64,000 nucleotides of DNA from Anaerorhabdus sp. (GTDB lineage Bacteria > Bacillota_I > Bacilli_A > Erysipelotrichales > Erysipelotrichaceae), in NCBI GenBank assembly GCA_047974855.1, contig JBKECT010000033.1, positions 744 through 64,743 on the forward strand, written 5' to 3'. The translations under genes were made by a program, and so were the position numbers. Below are positions 53,655-64,000 of this stretch, one piece after another. The stretch's first letter is position 1. The number at the start of each line of letters is the position of its first letter. The notes below the pieces were generated by a model. It was not told the origin of the DNA and made no database searches. It saw only the letters and a list, made by a program, of their open reading frames with translations.

Positions 53655-54435
53655 CAGACATACCTCCACTTCCCTTTGCTTCACGAATTCTAACATTCAT
53701 TTGGAAATCGTAAATAGCGATTGCTGCTCCAATGAATGCAATAAGCAGTAGCGCTTGTCCTCCAAGCCCTGCTGCGGACATCATTGTTGCTAATGCAAAT
53801 CCAGCGAAATAAAATCCCCACATATCGTTTGATAGCATAATTTTCATTAAGATTGCAAACCCAACATAACGCATCATTCCACCAGCAGCAGATAATCCAC
53901 CCATAATCCAGCTGAATTCTTCATTAAGTTTTACTAACTGTTCTCCTAGTGCAGCTCCTCCAACACATCCAAGTAATACTGCCACTACAAACAACAATCC
54001 TAGTACTGTCATTGCAAAATAGTTTAAACCTTCAATTCCTCTAGGATTTGCTTCTTTTGCATATTTGTCAGCTTGAGACATTAATGGTGACATGATTGTA
54101 AAAATCAAAGTAACTCCATATTGTCCTAAAAGCGCAAATGGAATTGCTAACCCTAAAGCCGCTTCAGGCGTAACCCCTAATTGTACCGCGAATACTGTCG
54201 CCATGATTCCACCAATAACCGCATTTGGTGGCTGCGCACCTCCAACTGGCATACTACCGATTTGAATCAATTGATACGATCCACCAACGATCAGTCCAGT
54301 TTGAATATCTCCTAAAATAGCTCCAATAACTGGTCCCATAACAATTGGTTGATATAGTGATTCTAAAAAATTAAATTGGTCAATTGCTGCGATAAATGTT
54401 ACAACAGCAATCAATACTAATTGAATAAATCCCAT
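53644..54435 (-). CDS. PTS mannose-family EIIC
   Basis: Polytopic membrane protein of 263 aa, located between IIB and IID. Confidence 0.85.
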   Translation of the reverse strand: MGFIQLVLIAVVTFIAAIDQFNFLESLYQPIVMGPVIGAILGDIQTGLIVGGSYQLIQIGSMPVGGAQPPNAVIGGIMATVFAVQLGVTPEAALGLAIPFALLGQYGVTLIFTIMSPLMSQADKYAKEANPRGIEGLNYFAMTVLGLLFVVAVLLGCVGGAALGEQLVKLNEEFSWIMGGLSAAGGMMRYVGFAILMKIMLSNDMWGFYFAGFALATMMSAAGLGGQALLLIAFIGAAIAIYDFQMNVRIREAKGSGGMSDGI

Positions 54436-54453
54436 TCTATTCTTCCTCCTTTC

Positions 54454-54930
54454 TTATTTGAAGAGTTTTTCGACATCTTCAGAAGATTCCGTTGGAACTT
54501 TTCTGATTTCTAGTGTGACTCCTAATTCTTTCAGTTTTTTAAATGCAGCAACATCTTTGTCATCCACAGCCACCGTAGTCGCCACTTGGCGTTTTCCGTC
54601 AGCCATGTGCATGTTCCCGATATTTACTTTCTTGATTGGAACGCCGCCTTCAACAAGTTTCAACACATCTGTTGGCGTCTCACAAACAATAAAAATTAAC
54701 TGTGATTCTGATGCCTTATGAATTGTTGAAATTGTTTTTTCTAAACTCCAATAGCGAGTTTGTGCATATCCTGGTGCCGCCATATCCATCAACCCCTGAC
54801 GAACTGTATTCTCGGAGACTTCATCATTTGCAACCAAAATTAGATTCGCTCCTATAGAACTGCACCATTGTGTTGCTACTTGACCATGAATGAGCCGATT
54901 ATCAATTCTGGTTAAAACAATATTTGCCAC
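54454..54930 (-). CDS. PTS mannose-family EIIB
   Basis: LTRIDNRLIHGQV contains the phospho-His motif. Confidence 0.85.
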   Translation of the reverse strand: MANIVLTRIDNRLIHGQVATQWCSSIGANLILVANDEVSENTVRQGLMDMAAPGYAQTRYWSLEKTISTIHKASESQLIFIVCETPTDVLKLVEGGVPIKKVNIGNMHMADGKRQVATTVAVDDKDVAAFKKLKELGVTLEIRKVPTESSEDVEKLFK

Positions 54931-55093
54931 AATACCCCTCTCCTTTCTTGGACCTATCTACAGCTTATAGGTAGTCCTTTATAGTAATATTATACACCAT
55001 GTGTTGCTTATAAATTTACATTTTTTAAGTTTTGCCTTATAATTTTTAATAGGAAGTAATTTTTTGCTAGTATTTTATGCAAGGAGGTATAGC

Positions 55094-56251
55094 ATGTTAA
55101 ATAAAACTACAGGGTCAGCCTTTTTGAAGTATGGTAAGTCTAGTTCGGTCTTTAAAAATAAGAAAGATTTAGCATGTTTCCACAAGACCGTTTCCGGTCA
55201 CGGCTTTACATCTCTAACTAGCTATTCAACTCATTGCTATATTGAGGCCAGTATCGAATCGATGGCTGCGGTTGCCATTCAAAATACACACCATGAGATC
55301 GAGCTGTTTGTTCTTCACGATAGCATTCGCATTAATAAAAATATCCCCTTTGTTATTTTCCCATTAGGACAATCTTTAATCTATTCAATCTATGTTCCCC
55401 AAAACGCTAATGCAACAATCCACAACCTATACAAACCTTTTGTCTATGATACAATTAAACCAAAACTTATGGTTTCAGAAATTTATGCTTACTACTATAA
55501 CGTTAAGTCACCAGATTATCATTTTAAAGGAGAAACCCATTCTCACTTTGAACTTACCTTTGTTGATAACGGAAGTCTTTTAACTTCTGCTGATGCTAAT
55601 CAGTTTCTTTTAAACTCCTACGATTTACTTTTCTATGGGCCTAACCAATTTCACGATCAGCGTGTCGAAGGAAATAAACCATGTAGTTACTTAACCGTTA
55701 TTTTTGATTTGATGAGCGAAGATTGTCCCGTTTTACTTAATCGAATTTTCAACTGTTCACGTAATGAATATCGTGTTCTAAACAACTTTATCCAAGCTTC
55801 TTCATCGAATACCACCTATGGAAAAGATTTTATGATTAACTACCTCCAAGAGCTTATCCTACTATTACTTCAAGGCGGTGAAAGCAAAAAAGCAGCTAAC
55901 CCTATTCAACAACACTTCGAAAGTGAACTAGTCGAGGAAATCACCTCCTTTATTCGTGATAACCTTTATCAAGTCATTACAGTTGAAAATATCTGTACTA
56001 AATTTTCTGTTAGCCGCTCCACACTACAACAACTTTTTAAAAATAATCTCAATGTCGCACCTAAAAAATACATCAATGATTTAAAACTAGAAAAAAGTAA
56101 ACTCCTTATCAAGGAGGGAAAATCAACCATTAGTGAAATATCTTCTTTACTTGGATTTAGTTCCATTCATTACTTTTCCAGAAAGTTTACTCAAACCTAC
56201 CAAATCACGCCTAGTGATTATGCAAAAAAAATATATCATGAATATCAATAA
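55094..56251 (+). CDS. AraC-family transcriptional regulator
   Basis: Start moved to MLNKTTG after an AGGAGG RBS. The C-terminal dual HTH ends ...GFSSIHYFSRKFTQ. Confidence 0.85.
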   Translation: MLNKTTGSAFLKYGKSSSVFKNKKDLACFHKTVSGHGFTSLTSYSTHCYIEASIESMAAVAIQNTHHEIELFVLHDSIRINKNIPFVIFPLGQSLIYSIYVPQNANATIHNLYKPFVYDTIKPKLMVSEIYAYYYNVKSPDYHFKGETHSHFELTFVDNGSLLTSADANQFLLNSYDLLFYGPNQFHDQRVEGNKPCSYLTVIFDLMSEDCPVLLNRIFNCSRNEYRVLNNFIQASSSNTTYGKDFMINYLQELILLLLQGGESKKAANPIQQHFESELVEEITSFIRDNLYQVITVENICTKFSVSRSTLQQLFKNNLNVAPKKYINDLKLEKSKLLIKEGKSTISEISSLLGFSSIHYFSRKFTQTYQITPSDYAKKIYHEYQ

Positions 56252-56272
56252 AAAAGCAGATCACTCTGCTTT

Positions 56273-56704
56273 TTAAATTCCTTCTTCTACTTCTTCTTCT
56301 TTTCTTTCAACAAATTCATATTTTAATATCTGATCTTTACCTGCTGTAATTCCTTGTTGAATAATCAGCTGCACATCGTCGATAAAGTTTCTAGACATCA
56401 CACATTCAATCAACATTCCCAAGTTTGTCCCACCAAGAACTGTAATCTTTTTTGATTCCTCTAAAGAGATTTCAACCGCTGTCTTAAATGGTGACCCACC
56501 TACTAAATCACTAAATACCAAAACGGTTTCACACGCTTCTAACTTAGAAATAGCTGTTTTCAAATTTGATCTTAAATCTTCCACACCATCACTTTCAACA
56601 AAATCAACTGTCTCATAGTTTTCTTGTTGTCCTGTAATCAAGTGTAACGCACTACTTACTCCTGTCGCAAAATTACCATGCCCTGTAACAATTATTCCAA
56701 TCAT
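56273..56704 (-). CDS. PTS mannose-family EIIA
   Basis: MIGIIVTGHGNFATG contains the phospho-His region. Confidence 0.8.
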   Translation of the reverse strand: MIGIIVTGHGNFATGVSSALHLITGQQENYETVDFVESDGVEDLRSNLKTAISKLEACETVLVFSDLVGGSPFKTAVEISLEESKKITVLGGTNLGMLIECVMSRNFIDDVQLIIQQGITAGKDQILKYEFVERKEEEVEEGI

Positions 56705-56706
56705 TT

Positions 56707-57897
56707 TTATTCTCCTTCTTTTTCAAATGGATAGAGAACAACCCCTTGAACCACGCGATTAACCTCACCTGTAGGACATGGGTTGTCTGGCGTAATCCCC
56801 AATGATATCGATTTAAATAACGCAATCAATTGAGCAACACATATTGCCGGTAACCCCACCAACAAAGATTGAGTTAATGGCAATTCAAATTGTATCACAT
56901 CATCTACAAGCCCTTCAATATCAATGCATTTTTTATTCCCTACGACAAGAATTTTATTAGCTTTTCTTTGATGACTCATCTCTTTAATTAAATCTAATTC
57001 ATATTGACGGCGATAACTGTTTTCACTCAAATAAACAACCGTCAGGGTTTGATCATCCACAATAGACTTTGGTCCGTGCCTGAATCCCATCGGTGTATCA
57101 AACATTGTTACCACTTTACCAGCTGTTAATTCTAGCATTTTTAACGCAGATTCTTGGCTAATCCCCTTTAATCCTTCTGCACCTAAATAGACAATTCTAT
57201 TAAACGCAAACGCATTGACCATTTTCTCAATTTTTGTATAATCATTTTTAAGTAAGTTCTCTGTGTAGTCCGCTATTGTTTTTATTTCTTTTTCTATCAC
57301 ATCAATGACATCCAAGTTAAAACACATCAGTGCCGCTAAGTACATATTTGAAAAGCTTGAGGTCATCGCAAAAGACTGATCATGCGTTTTCTCAGACAAG
57401 CAAATAGAACAGCAATTCTCCTTCACTGTGGCTCTTTTTGCCATCGCACCATTTGGATTGCAAGTAATTAACAAATGCGTTGTAGATGAGCTAATCGCGT
57501 CGGCCGCTTCCACTGCACCTATCGACTCCGGTGAATTACCTGAGCGTCCAAAACTAACAATTAACGTTTCTTTTGTTGGGTCGACATAATTTTCTGGTGC
57601 CACAATCATGTCTGTTGTTCCACAAGCTTGCACATTACAAAGCACTTTTGAGTTTATTTCACTCGCTAATGCTCTTCCAACAAACTCACTTGTTCCAGCT
57701 CCCATAAAAATAACTTGCGTATCCTTTTGATTCAAGAAAATTTTCATTTTCTCTTGAAGCTCAAACTTCATCTTTTTTATTTGGCTCACTGTCTCTATCC
57801 AAGTTTGAGGTTGTTGATCAATTTCCACGGCTGTGAAAATCCCTTTCATTTCCTTTAGTATTGACTCACTATATCCAAAATGCTGTTTTTCGCTCAT
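56707..57897 (-). CDS. agaS: SIS-domain sugar-phosphate isomerase/deaminase (AgaS-like)
   Basis: Two SIS domains, ~396 aa, adjacent to an aga-type PTS. Confidence 0.75.
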   Translation of the reverse strand: MSEKQHFGYSESILKEMKGIFTAVEIDQQPQTWIETVSQIKKMKFELQEKMKIFLNQKDTQVIFMGAGTSEFVGRALASEINSKVLCNVQACGTTDMIVAPENYVDPTKETLIVSFGRSGNSPESIGAVEAADAISSSTTHLLITCNPNGAMAKRATVKENCCSICLSEKTHDQSFAMTSSFSNMYLAALMCFNLDVIDVIEKEIKTIADYTENLLKNDYTKIEKMVNAFAFNRIVYLGAEGLKGISQESALKMLELTAGKVVTMFDTPMGFRHGPKSIVDDQTLTVVYLSENSYRRQYELDLIKEMSHQRKANKILVVGNKKCIDIEGLVDDVIQFELPLTQSLLVGLPAICVAQLIALFKSISLGITPDNPCPTGEVNRVVQGVVLYPFEKEGE

Positions 57898-58048
57898 TTG
57901 TCAGCCTCCTTCTTTCCTTTATTTTTCTCATTATAACAAGTCAACGGTGAAGTTCAACCTTTTTACCAAAAGCAATAATTTTTTTATTAAAAAGTATAAC
58001 TATCCTTGCCTGTTTTGTAGTAAAATATAAATATAAGGAGAATTAACT

Positions 58049-58579
58049 ATGGCTCAAAAAAAGACTGCTCGCCCCCTTTCAGGATACAACTTATATCAAG
58101 ATGACCGTGGAAGAAATATTTTATACATCAAACGTAAAGAACTAGGCTACCTCATCCAAGAAAAAGATGAAAGCAAATACTTCTTTTATAAAAATCGTTT
58201 CATGTATGTTTTTGTTGCGATTATTTTAGGATTAAACTTCTCTATCCCACCTTTAGTTTGCGTTGGTGTAGGAATTGTTGCGTTGGGATTAATGGAATAT
58301 CAATATCGCTTTAAATTTTTGCCAACACTAACTCAAATCACCAACTTCAAACCCGATAAAAAGAGAACCTTTATCAGTTCAATTCAAGAAAGCCACGATA
58401 AAGGAAGAATCTTACTGTTGGCTGTTCTTTATATTCTATTAGCTATCCTATTGTTCCTAAACGCAAGAGAACTTAATTTGTCAACACCAATCTTTATTGC
58501 TAATTGCATTCTATCCTTAGGATCGGCTACCTTAGGCACTATCCACCTCATTGCATTTGCAACTTTAAAAAAGAAATAG
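58049..58579 (+). CDS. Membrane protein of unknown function
   Basis: ORF track entry with 4 TM segments. Confidence 0.55.
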   Translation: MAQKKTARPLSGYNLYQDDRGRNILYIKRKELGYLIQEKDESKYFFYKNRFMYVFVAIILGLNFSIPPLVCVGVGIVALGLMEYQYRFKFLPTLTQITNFKPDKKRTFISSIQESHDKGRILLLAVLYILLAILLFLNARELNLSTPIFIANCILSLGSATLGTIHLIAFATLKKK

Positions 58580-58600
58580 GGATTTCAATCACGTCGAATT

Positions 58601-58636
58601 AAGAAAGGATAATAAGTAAACTTATTATCCTTTCTT
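58601..58636. terminator. 16-bp perfect hairpin between convergent genes
   Basis: AAGAAAGGATAATAAG-TAAA-CTTATTATCCTTTCTT. No strong T-run. Confidence 0.45.
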
Positions 58637-58641
58637 GTTAT

Positions 58642-59571
58642 CTAAAATAACTTCAACTGTCCATCAAAATAAGATATTTGCTTGGACTCTTTTATAATGT
58701 CATCTTTCTCAAGTTCGCCTATCAACAAAGGTGATGTTTTATTGTGTTTGGTGATATTTTCGCTCACAATTTTCATATCATAATTTGCATAGCAATACAA
58801 ACACCCATGATTACAGGTGTTGTACATGCCTATATCATTACCTAAAAGACAATCACACGCACTTCTTGACGATTTTCTACTTTTAGGTATATCCAATGTG
58901 CAATTTATTGCTTTTTCTATAATCGGCTTTGTCATACATCCTGAAATATTAACACCAAGTTTCCCTAATTCTTTATTTTCGCAACAAGTATATATCTCTA
59001 AATTGTTTGCATTAGCAATCTCAACAAACTTTTCAACTAAATATTTTTGATCTAACTCATTTACGGAATTTATACCTTTAAAGTTTCTAGTTGTATTTCC
59101 ATATAAATCAATGAAACTAATTACACAGAATTGTATATGGCTCCTTAATTGTGCCACCATAGCGCTAAATTGTTCAATATGAAAGTCAATAGTATATTGT
59201 TCACTCAAAAATATTGGATCATATCTCCACCCGACAGCATTACTTCCAACTTCTTTTGAAAGTTCAATTGTTGCTTCTAGTACATCTTGAACATTAGGAA
59301 CATTGGGTTCTATTTCTTTCCCATAGGGTGTTATAGTCACAAACCAAAATTGCCTAAAATTTTTTATCTCATTTAATCTTTTTAACATTGGTTTAGGATT
59401 TTTAGTGCAGAAACACATCACATCCACAACATCTGGTGATAATCTGTATTTTATAACTTGGGATCTATAATATGGATTTCTAACCAATACATACCCTTCT
59501 TTAATTCTATTATAAAACCACTCGCTGTAATATGCAGGGATATCTGTTCTGTTTCCTGTATTAATAATCAT
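58642..59571 (-). CDS. DUF1848-family protein
   Basis: NRTDIPAYYSEWFYNRIKEGYVLVRNP...CTKNPKPM...GWRYDPIF matches my recollection of this family. Confidence 0.65.
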   Translation of the reverse strand: MIINTGNRTDIPAYYSEWFYNRIKEGYVLVRNPYYRSQVIKYRLSPDVVDVMCFCTKNPKPMLKRLNEIKNFRQFWFVTITPYGKEIEPNVPNVQDVLEATIELSKEVGSNAVGWRYDPIFLSEQYTIDFHIEQFSAMVAQLRSHIQFCVISFIDLYGNTTRNFKGINSVNELDQKYLVEKFVEIANANNLEIYTCCENKELGKLGVNISGCMTKPIIEKAINCTLDIPKSRKSSRSACDCLLGNDIGMYNTCNHGCLYCYANYDMKIVSENITKHNKTSPLLIGELEKDDIIKESKQISYFDGQLKLF

Positions 59572-59747
59572 GTTATATCCCCCTTGAAATTAACTATTAA
59601 TTTTACTTATATCTTACTTCTCTTAATTGTCTATCTTTTTATTAATTCAATTGTTATAAAAATCTTGAAAGGCGCTACTACTCTGCGTTTCAAGACTTTT
59701 ATCTATTTATGCTCTAGTCCTACCCAACCCTTTTGGACTCATTCCAT

Positions 59748-61271
59748 CTATTTAAGAAGTTCTATCGCTTTTTGAAGTTGTGTATCTTTCTCATCATTTA
59801 ATCGCCATTCGCTAATCACCGCTGACTTTAATACGGACATAACTTCAGGATTTAACTCATCTGTCGTATCCAGTTGGTGCTCAGTCTTAAATTGAATTAA
59901 AGCACTCTGTGTAGATTGATCAAAATATCCATCCACTCTTGCAACATTAAACCCTAAGAAATCTAAAGCTAACTGCATACTTTTCACTTCATCACTAACT
60001 GAATCATAGTGATAAGAAAAATCTTCTTCACCACTAAACCACTCGTAGAATACTTCATGGTCTTTCACTTCTACATCAGGTGCAATCCCGACTCCATGAA
60101 TTGATTCGCCAGATGGTGATAGCCATTCTGATGTTGTGTACTTCAGTGCCGATCCATCTCTAAATGGTATTGTTATTTGCACTGTTCCTTTTCCATAGGA
60201 TGTTGTTCCAACGATTGTTACGTCTTCTCGTTGTTCTCTTAATGCTATGGCCAACACTTCAGATGCACTGGCTGTATTTTCATTAATCAATACCACTATG
60301 CCATTAATATTGGTGTATAAATCTCCTAATGCAGTTGCTGGCGAGAGACTTCCATCACTGTACTTTTGCTGAATCGCAACTTCACCTTTTCCAATAAAGT
60401 ATCCCGCTAAATGAAGATATGTATCCAAATATCCCCCGCCATTATCACGCAAGTCAATAATTAGCTTGGTCATACCCTGTTCCGTTAAGCTATCTAAGTT
60501 ATCTTGCACTTCTTGTGCTGTTGTATCTCCAAAGCTAGAGATTTCTAAATATCCAATACTACTATCAATCATCTCTCCATAAGCTGTTCCTGATACTTCA
60601 TCACGAGTTATGCTTAACTCCACAAGTTCTCCCTGTCTCATAAATTCAATGACCACGACTGTTCCTTTTTCACCACGAACACGATCTCGAATTGTATCTG
60701 TATCCATATTTTCAACTAAATCGCCATCCACTGAATAAAAAATATCTCCCGCTTGAACTCCTGCTTGTTCAGCTGGTGAGTTACGAAACACTCTTTCCAC
60801 AATGTACCCTTCTTCAAGGTCTAAATATTGAACTCCTATCCCAACAAAATTGCTATTAATTGATTGGGTAAATGTTTCCAATTCTTCTGCTGAAAAATAC
60901 TCGGTATGTAAGTCTGCTTCATTGGTAGTCATCCCATATAAAGCTTGATCTATTAATTGATCCCTGCCATTTTCAAGGCTATCTGAAAAATACCAATCAT
61001 TTTCCATAATGTCTAATGCCTCTTCAATTTTACTTGACTGTCCTCCCGTTGTTGTTCCGGTTGTTCCAGATGAGTTTCTAGTTCCTCTTCCTGCGATATA
61101 ACCCACAAAAAACAAAGATAGCATAGTCAAAATAGCCAGAATTGCTATGAATACATCATTCAACTTTCTTTTTTTTACTTGCTTTTGTTCTTCTATTTCA
61201 TCAGGCCACTGGTGTCTTTCTAATTTCACTCTTACCTTTTTTTCTTCATTTTCATTTGTCATGATTTTCAC
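59748..61271 (-). CDS. S41 C-terminal processing peptidase with PDZ and peptidoglycan-binding domains
   Basis: DLRDNGGG, NENTASASE and YGKGTVQ motifs. The C-terminus LALDFLGF..DGYFDQST is PG_binding_1-like. Confidence 0.85.
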   Translation of the reverse strand: MKIMTNENEEKKVRVKLERHQWPDEIEEQKQVKKRKLNDVFIAILAILTMLSLFFVGYIAGRGTRNSSGTTGTTTGGQSSKIEEALDIMENDWYFSDSLENGRDQLIDQALYGMTTNEADLHTEYFSAEELETFTQSINSNFVGIGVQYLDLEEGYIVERVFRNSPAEQAGVQAGDIFYSVDGDLVENMDTDTIRDRVRGEKGTVVVIEFMRQGELVELSITRDEVSGTAYGEMIDSSIGYLEISSFGDTTAQEVQDNLDSLTEQGMTKLIIDLRDNGGGYLDTYLHLAGYFIGKGEVAIQQKYSDGSLSPATALGDLYTNINGIVVLINENTASASEVLAIALREQREDVTIVGTTSYGKGTVQITIPFRDGSALKYTTSEWLSPSGESIHGVGIAPDVEVKDHEVFYEWFSGEEDFSYHYDSVSDEVKSMQLALDFLGFNVARVDGYFDQSTQSALIQFKTEHQLDTTDELNPEVMSVLKSAVISEWRLNDEKDTQLQKAIELLK

Positions 61272-61331
61272 CTCTATAATTTCCTTTTCTATTTTACCAC
61301 ATTTAATAAAAAAACGAGTATTTTTTACTCG

Positions 61332-62729
61332 TTATTCAAACACCGACTCTGGTCGTACCCTGCATGGCGCACTCACCTTATCACAAGTTTTAGCTAAAGC
61401 TGCACTTCCCCAACCAGCTCCAAAGGATAAATCCCCATTCCATGACTGGACATAGCTATTAATACTCATTGTTCCCAACTTGATAACTTCAACATGGGTA
61501 TGCACTCCAGTAGAGTTACCTGAGCTACCCATCTGTCCAATCGTGTCCCCCGCATCCACAATTGTCCCTTGTGAAATTGGAGTTCCTTGTAACAAGTGAA
61601 TATATTTTACAGCATATAACGTACCACTAATGTTCGTTAATAGATAAACTTGGTTTCCTCCTCCTGTGCTTCCCCCTTGAGCAGAACCACAAGAGCTTCC
61701 AATATAGCCATATGGGCATCCATCCACACTCTTTAAAATATAACCGTTCCCAGCTGCACGAATATTTGTTCCACTACTTGCAGCATAATCCACACCTAAA
61801 TGAACTCCTCCTCCAAAGCTTGCGGGATAATTCCAAGTTCCTGCTGTAATTCTTCCACCTATAATCGGCCTTGTAAACCCTGAAGAGTTTGGAATTTCAT
61901 TTAAGTTCTCACTTATCGACTGTGCTAGCTGCTTTAAACTTTCATAATCAGCTGCTATTGTGTTTCCTAATGCTTCTAAGTCCGCTTCTTGCTTCAAAGC
62001 TTCTTCTTTAGCAATATTTGCTTCAGCACGAAGTAAAATAATTTGGTCTTGTTTTGATTTAATCTCGGCTTTATGCACTTCTAACTCTACTTTTGATGCT
62101 TCTAATTCTTCTTTTTCAACACTTAATTCCGCTACTAACGTCTGTAGTTCAACACGTGTTCTTTCATCATAATTAGCAATATCATTTAGCCCATTGCTTC
62201 GTCGAACTAAATCATTCAAATCTTTTGAACCCATAATAATATCCAAATAGTTATTAAGTCTCATTGATGACTGACTTTCAACCATACGGTTTTTAATTGT
62301 TTCACGAAGAGCGCTAATTGCCGCCTCTTTTTCGGTAATCTCTAACTCCTTTGCTGCAATGGTGGATTCCATAACTGAAATATTTTCATTAATTTCAGCA
62401 ATTTCTTCTCCAATACCAGCGATTGTCGCATCATAACTGCGAATCTTTTGGGTATATTCTTGAATGTTTGCAGCAATTACTTCACGTTGTGCTTCTAAAT
62501 CATCAAGTTGTTCTTTTAAGTCAGCCGATTGATTACTCACATATTGCAAAAAAGCTGTACAAAGATCTTGTTCATCTTCCGTTAACTCTGATGTTGGTTT
62601 TGAACACAGCAATGTGTATTCTGTTTTATTCTCCTCGAAGTCTTCATCATCTGCTAAGACTGGTGTAATAAATCCTGTCACCATCAGTAGACTTAATGTT
62701 ATACTAACTACTTTCTTCATCGTTTCCAC
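61332..62729 (-). CDS. Secreted coiled-coil M23 peptidase (PcsB/EnvC-like)
   Basis: Signal peptide and a long coiled coil. M23 motifs HLGVDYAA and GNSTGVHTHVEV. Adjacent to ftsEX. Confidence 0.8.
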   Translation of the reverse strand: METMKKVVSITLSLLMVTGFITPVLADDEDFEENKTEYTLLCSKPTSELTEDEQDLCTAFLQYVSNQSADLKEQLDDLEAQREVIAANIQEYTQKIRSYDATIAGIGEEIAEINENISVMESTIAAKELEITEKEAAISALRETIKNRMVESQSSMRLNNYLDIIMGSKDLNDLVRRSNGLNDIANYDERTRVELQTLVAELSVEKEELEASKVELEVHKAEIKSKQDQIILLRAEANIAKEEALKQEADLEALGNTIAADYESLKQLAQSISENLNEIPNSSGFTRPIIGGRITAGTWNYPASFGGGVHLGVDYAASSGTNIRAAGNGYILKSVDGCPYGYIGSSCGSAQGGSTGGGNQVYLLTNISGTLYAVKYIHLLQGTPISQGTIVDAGDTIGQMGSSGNSTGVHTHVEVIKLGTMSINSYVQSWNGDLSFGAGWGSAALAKTCDKVSAPCRVRPESVFE

Positions 62730-63643
62730 CTCAAATATTTTGTCACCGACAAAAAGCTTCCTAATAGTCCCACTAACATCCCAACTGTAAGCAAAATTAA
62801 AGAGACTTGTAATACAAATGGATGTGGAGCTATCAATTCAAACATATTGGAAATTAGTACTCCTCCTGTTGTTTGATAAAGATAAATATATAAGAAAATC
62901 GTTAAAAGAATTGGAATAATCGCTCCCAGTGCTCCAATAATGACTCCCTCCACCATAAATGGAGCTCTTATAAATCCGTTTTTTGCTCCAACATTTCGCA
63001 TAATTGAAATTTCATCTGCTCGAGCTAGAATAGTTAATTTAATGGTATTTTGAATTAAGAAAATTGCCAACAAGCTCAATGCTATAACCAACATAAATCC
63101 ACCATTTCTAACAGAGTCCAACGCTTGTACTAACAGGACAGCACTCTCTCCTCCATAGTTAGTTTCATATACCCCTTCAATCGCACGAATTGCTGCCGCT
63201 AAAGTTTCTAAGTTTTCACCACTTTCAACTTGAACATAGTACGCATGATGCATTGGGTTATCTTCCCGATATCCTTCAAATAACGCTCGCTCTTCTTCTT
63301 TTTCAAACAAGTTAATATAAGCATCTAATTCTTCATCTTTGGTATAGAATTGAACTGTTTCAACTTCTGCCAAATCCATAATTGCTAAGCCGATTCGGTC
63401 AATATTTTCTTGCGATTCATAACTATAGTCAATTAAAACTGAGATCTGAATCTTCCCTTCAATGTTATTGGTCATTGATGCGACATTCGCAGTAAAGATT
63501 GCAAAAATACTTATAATAATCAAGGTGATGGTTACCGCCATCGCACTAGATAGTGACATTGCCGCATGGCGTCCAACACCAAAAAATCCTTCTTTTATAT
63601 GTCGTAGAAATCTATTTAACATGGTGTGCATATCCTCCTTCAT
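62717..63643 (-). CDS. ftsX: Cell-division ABC transporter permease FtsX
   Basis: MLNRFLRHIKEGFFGVGRH is a typical FtsX N-terminus, with 4 TM segments. The true start may be the ATG at 63622. Confidence 0.85.
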   Translation of the reverse strand: MKEDMHTMLNRFLRHIKEGFFGVGRHAAMSLSSAMAVTITLIIISIFAIFTANVASMTNNIEGKIQISVLIDYSYESQENIDRIGLAIMDLAEVETVQFYTKDEELDAYINLFEKEEERALFEGYREDNPMHHAYYVQVESGENLETLAAAIRAIEGVYETNYGGESAVLLVQALDSVRNGGFMLVIALSLLAIFLIQNTIKLTILARADEISIMRNVGAKNGFIRAPFMVEGVIIGALGAIIPILLTIFLYIYLYQTTGGVLISNMFELIAPHPFVLQVSLILLTVGMLVGLLGSFLSVTKYLRWKR

Positions 63644-64000
63644 CTAAATCTGCAGCAATATGCCCATCTTCTAAAACTATGGTTCTCTTACGGAATTCAT
63701 TAACCAGTGCATCATCATGGGTTACCATAACAATCGTTGTGTCTTCTTCTCGATTAATTTTTTCTAGCAACATCATAATCTCTGATGATTTCCCTGGATC
63801 TAAATTCCCTGTCGGCTCATCCGCAATAAGCACTCGTGGTTTATTTGCAATTGCTCTTGCAATCGCCACCCGTTGTTGCTGACCACCTGATAATTCGCTT
63901 GGAAAAGAGTTTCCTTTATCACTAAGTCCAACCAAACGCAAAACTTCACGAACTCTTTTCCGTGTTGTCGTTTTATTCATATCAATAACTTCTAAAGCAT
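63612..64000 (-). CDS. ftsE: Cell-division ATP-binding protein FtsE (C-terminal part; start beyond the right edge)
   Basis: LSGGQQQRVAIARA signature and VLIADEPTGNLD Walker B. The frame stays open to base 64000. Confidence 0.85.
   Translation of the reverse strand, partial: ALEVIDMNKTTTRKRVREVLRLVGLSDKGNSFPSELSGGQQQRVAIARAIANKPRVLIADEPTGNLDPGKSSEIMMLLEKINREEDTTIVMVTHDDALVNEFRKRTIVLEDGHIAADLDEGGYAHHVK

Overview
Low-GC (about 30% G+C by eye) Firmicutes-type DNA, standard genetic code. The window has three parts. (1) Bases 1 to ~25.9 kb are one co-directional, minus-strand conjugative element (an ICE or an integrated conjugative plasmid). In gene order it carries an unknown first gene, ParA, a ParB-like protein, lipoproteins, a class-B-like sortase, a thioester-type adhesin, VirB6-, VirB3- and VirB4-like proteins, an M23 hydrolase, an ArdC-zincin-Toprim fusion, SSB, two RHH-like proteins, a relaxase, a VirD4-type coupling protein and a large serine recombinase that runs off the left edge. 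It also holds two separate type III (RNA-repeat) toxin-antitoxin loci. (2) Bases ~25.9-35.6 kb are a mosaic accessory stretch: an ABC/FtsX-like module with a small secreted protein (bacteriocin-like context), a complete IS30-family element with 28-bp inverted repeats and a 14-bp target duplication, a GNAT gene, an IS3-family element with a -1 frameshift site, a second large serine recombinase and a frameshifted gene of unknown function. (3) Bases ~35.9-64 kb are ordinary chromosome: a cellobiose/chitobiose PTS operon, mglBAC, a LacI-family regulator, galK-like, galM, agaZ-like, an aga-type mannose-family PTS with agaS, DUF1848, an S41 peptidase, an M23 protein and ftsEX. The most unusual signal is a family of 19 GC-rich palindromes (GGGGCAA-N-TTGCCCC) found only in the conjugative element. 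They sit just upstream of ribosome-binding sites, four times inside an identical ~47-nt leader. Eight copies lie inside six unrelated proteins, always read as G-Q-x-A-P. Other points worth a second look are a ~250-nt multi-hairpin element resembling a single-strand origin at 1561-1812, an operator/oriT-like region at 5.9-6.2 kb, shared operator half-sites at both ends of the element, and a split VirB4 with an in-frame TAA. No rRNA, tRNA or CRISPR array was seen.
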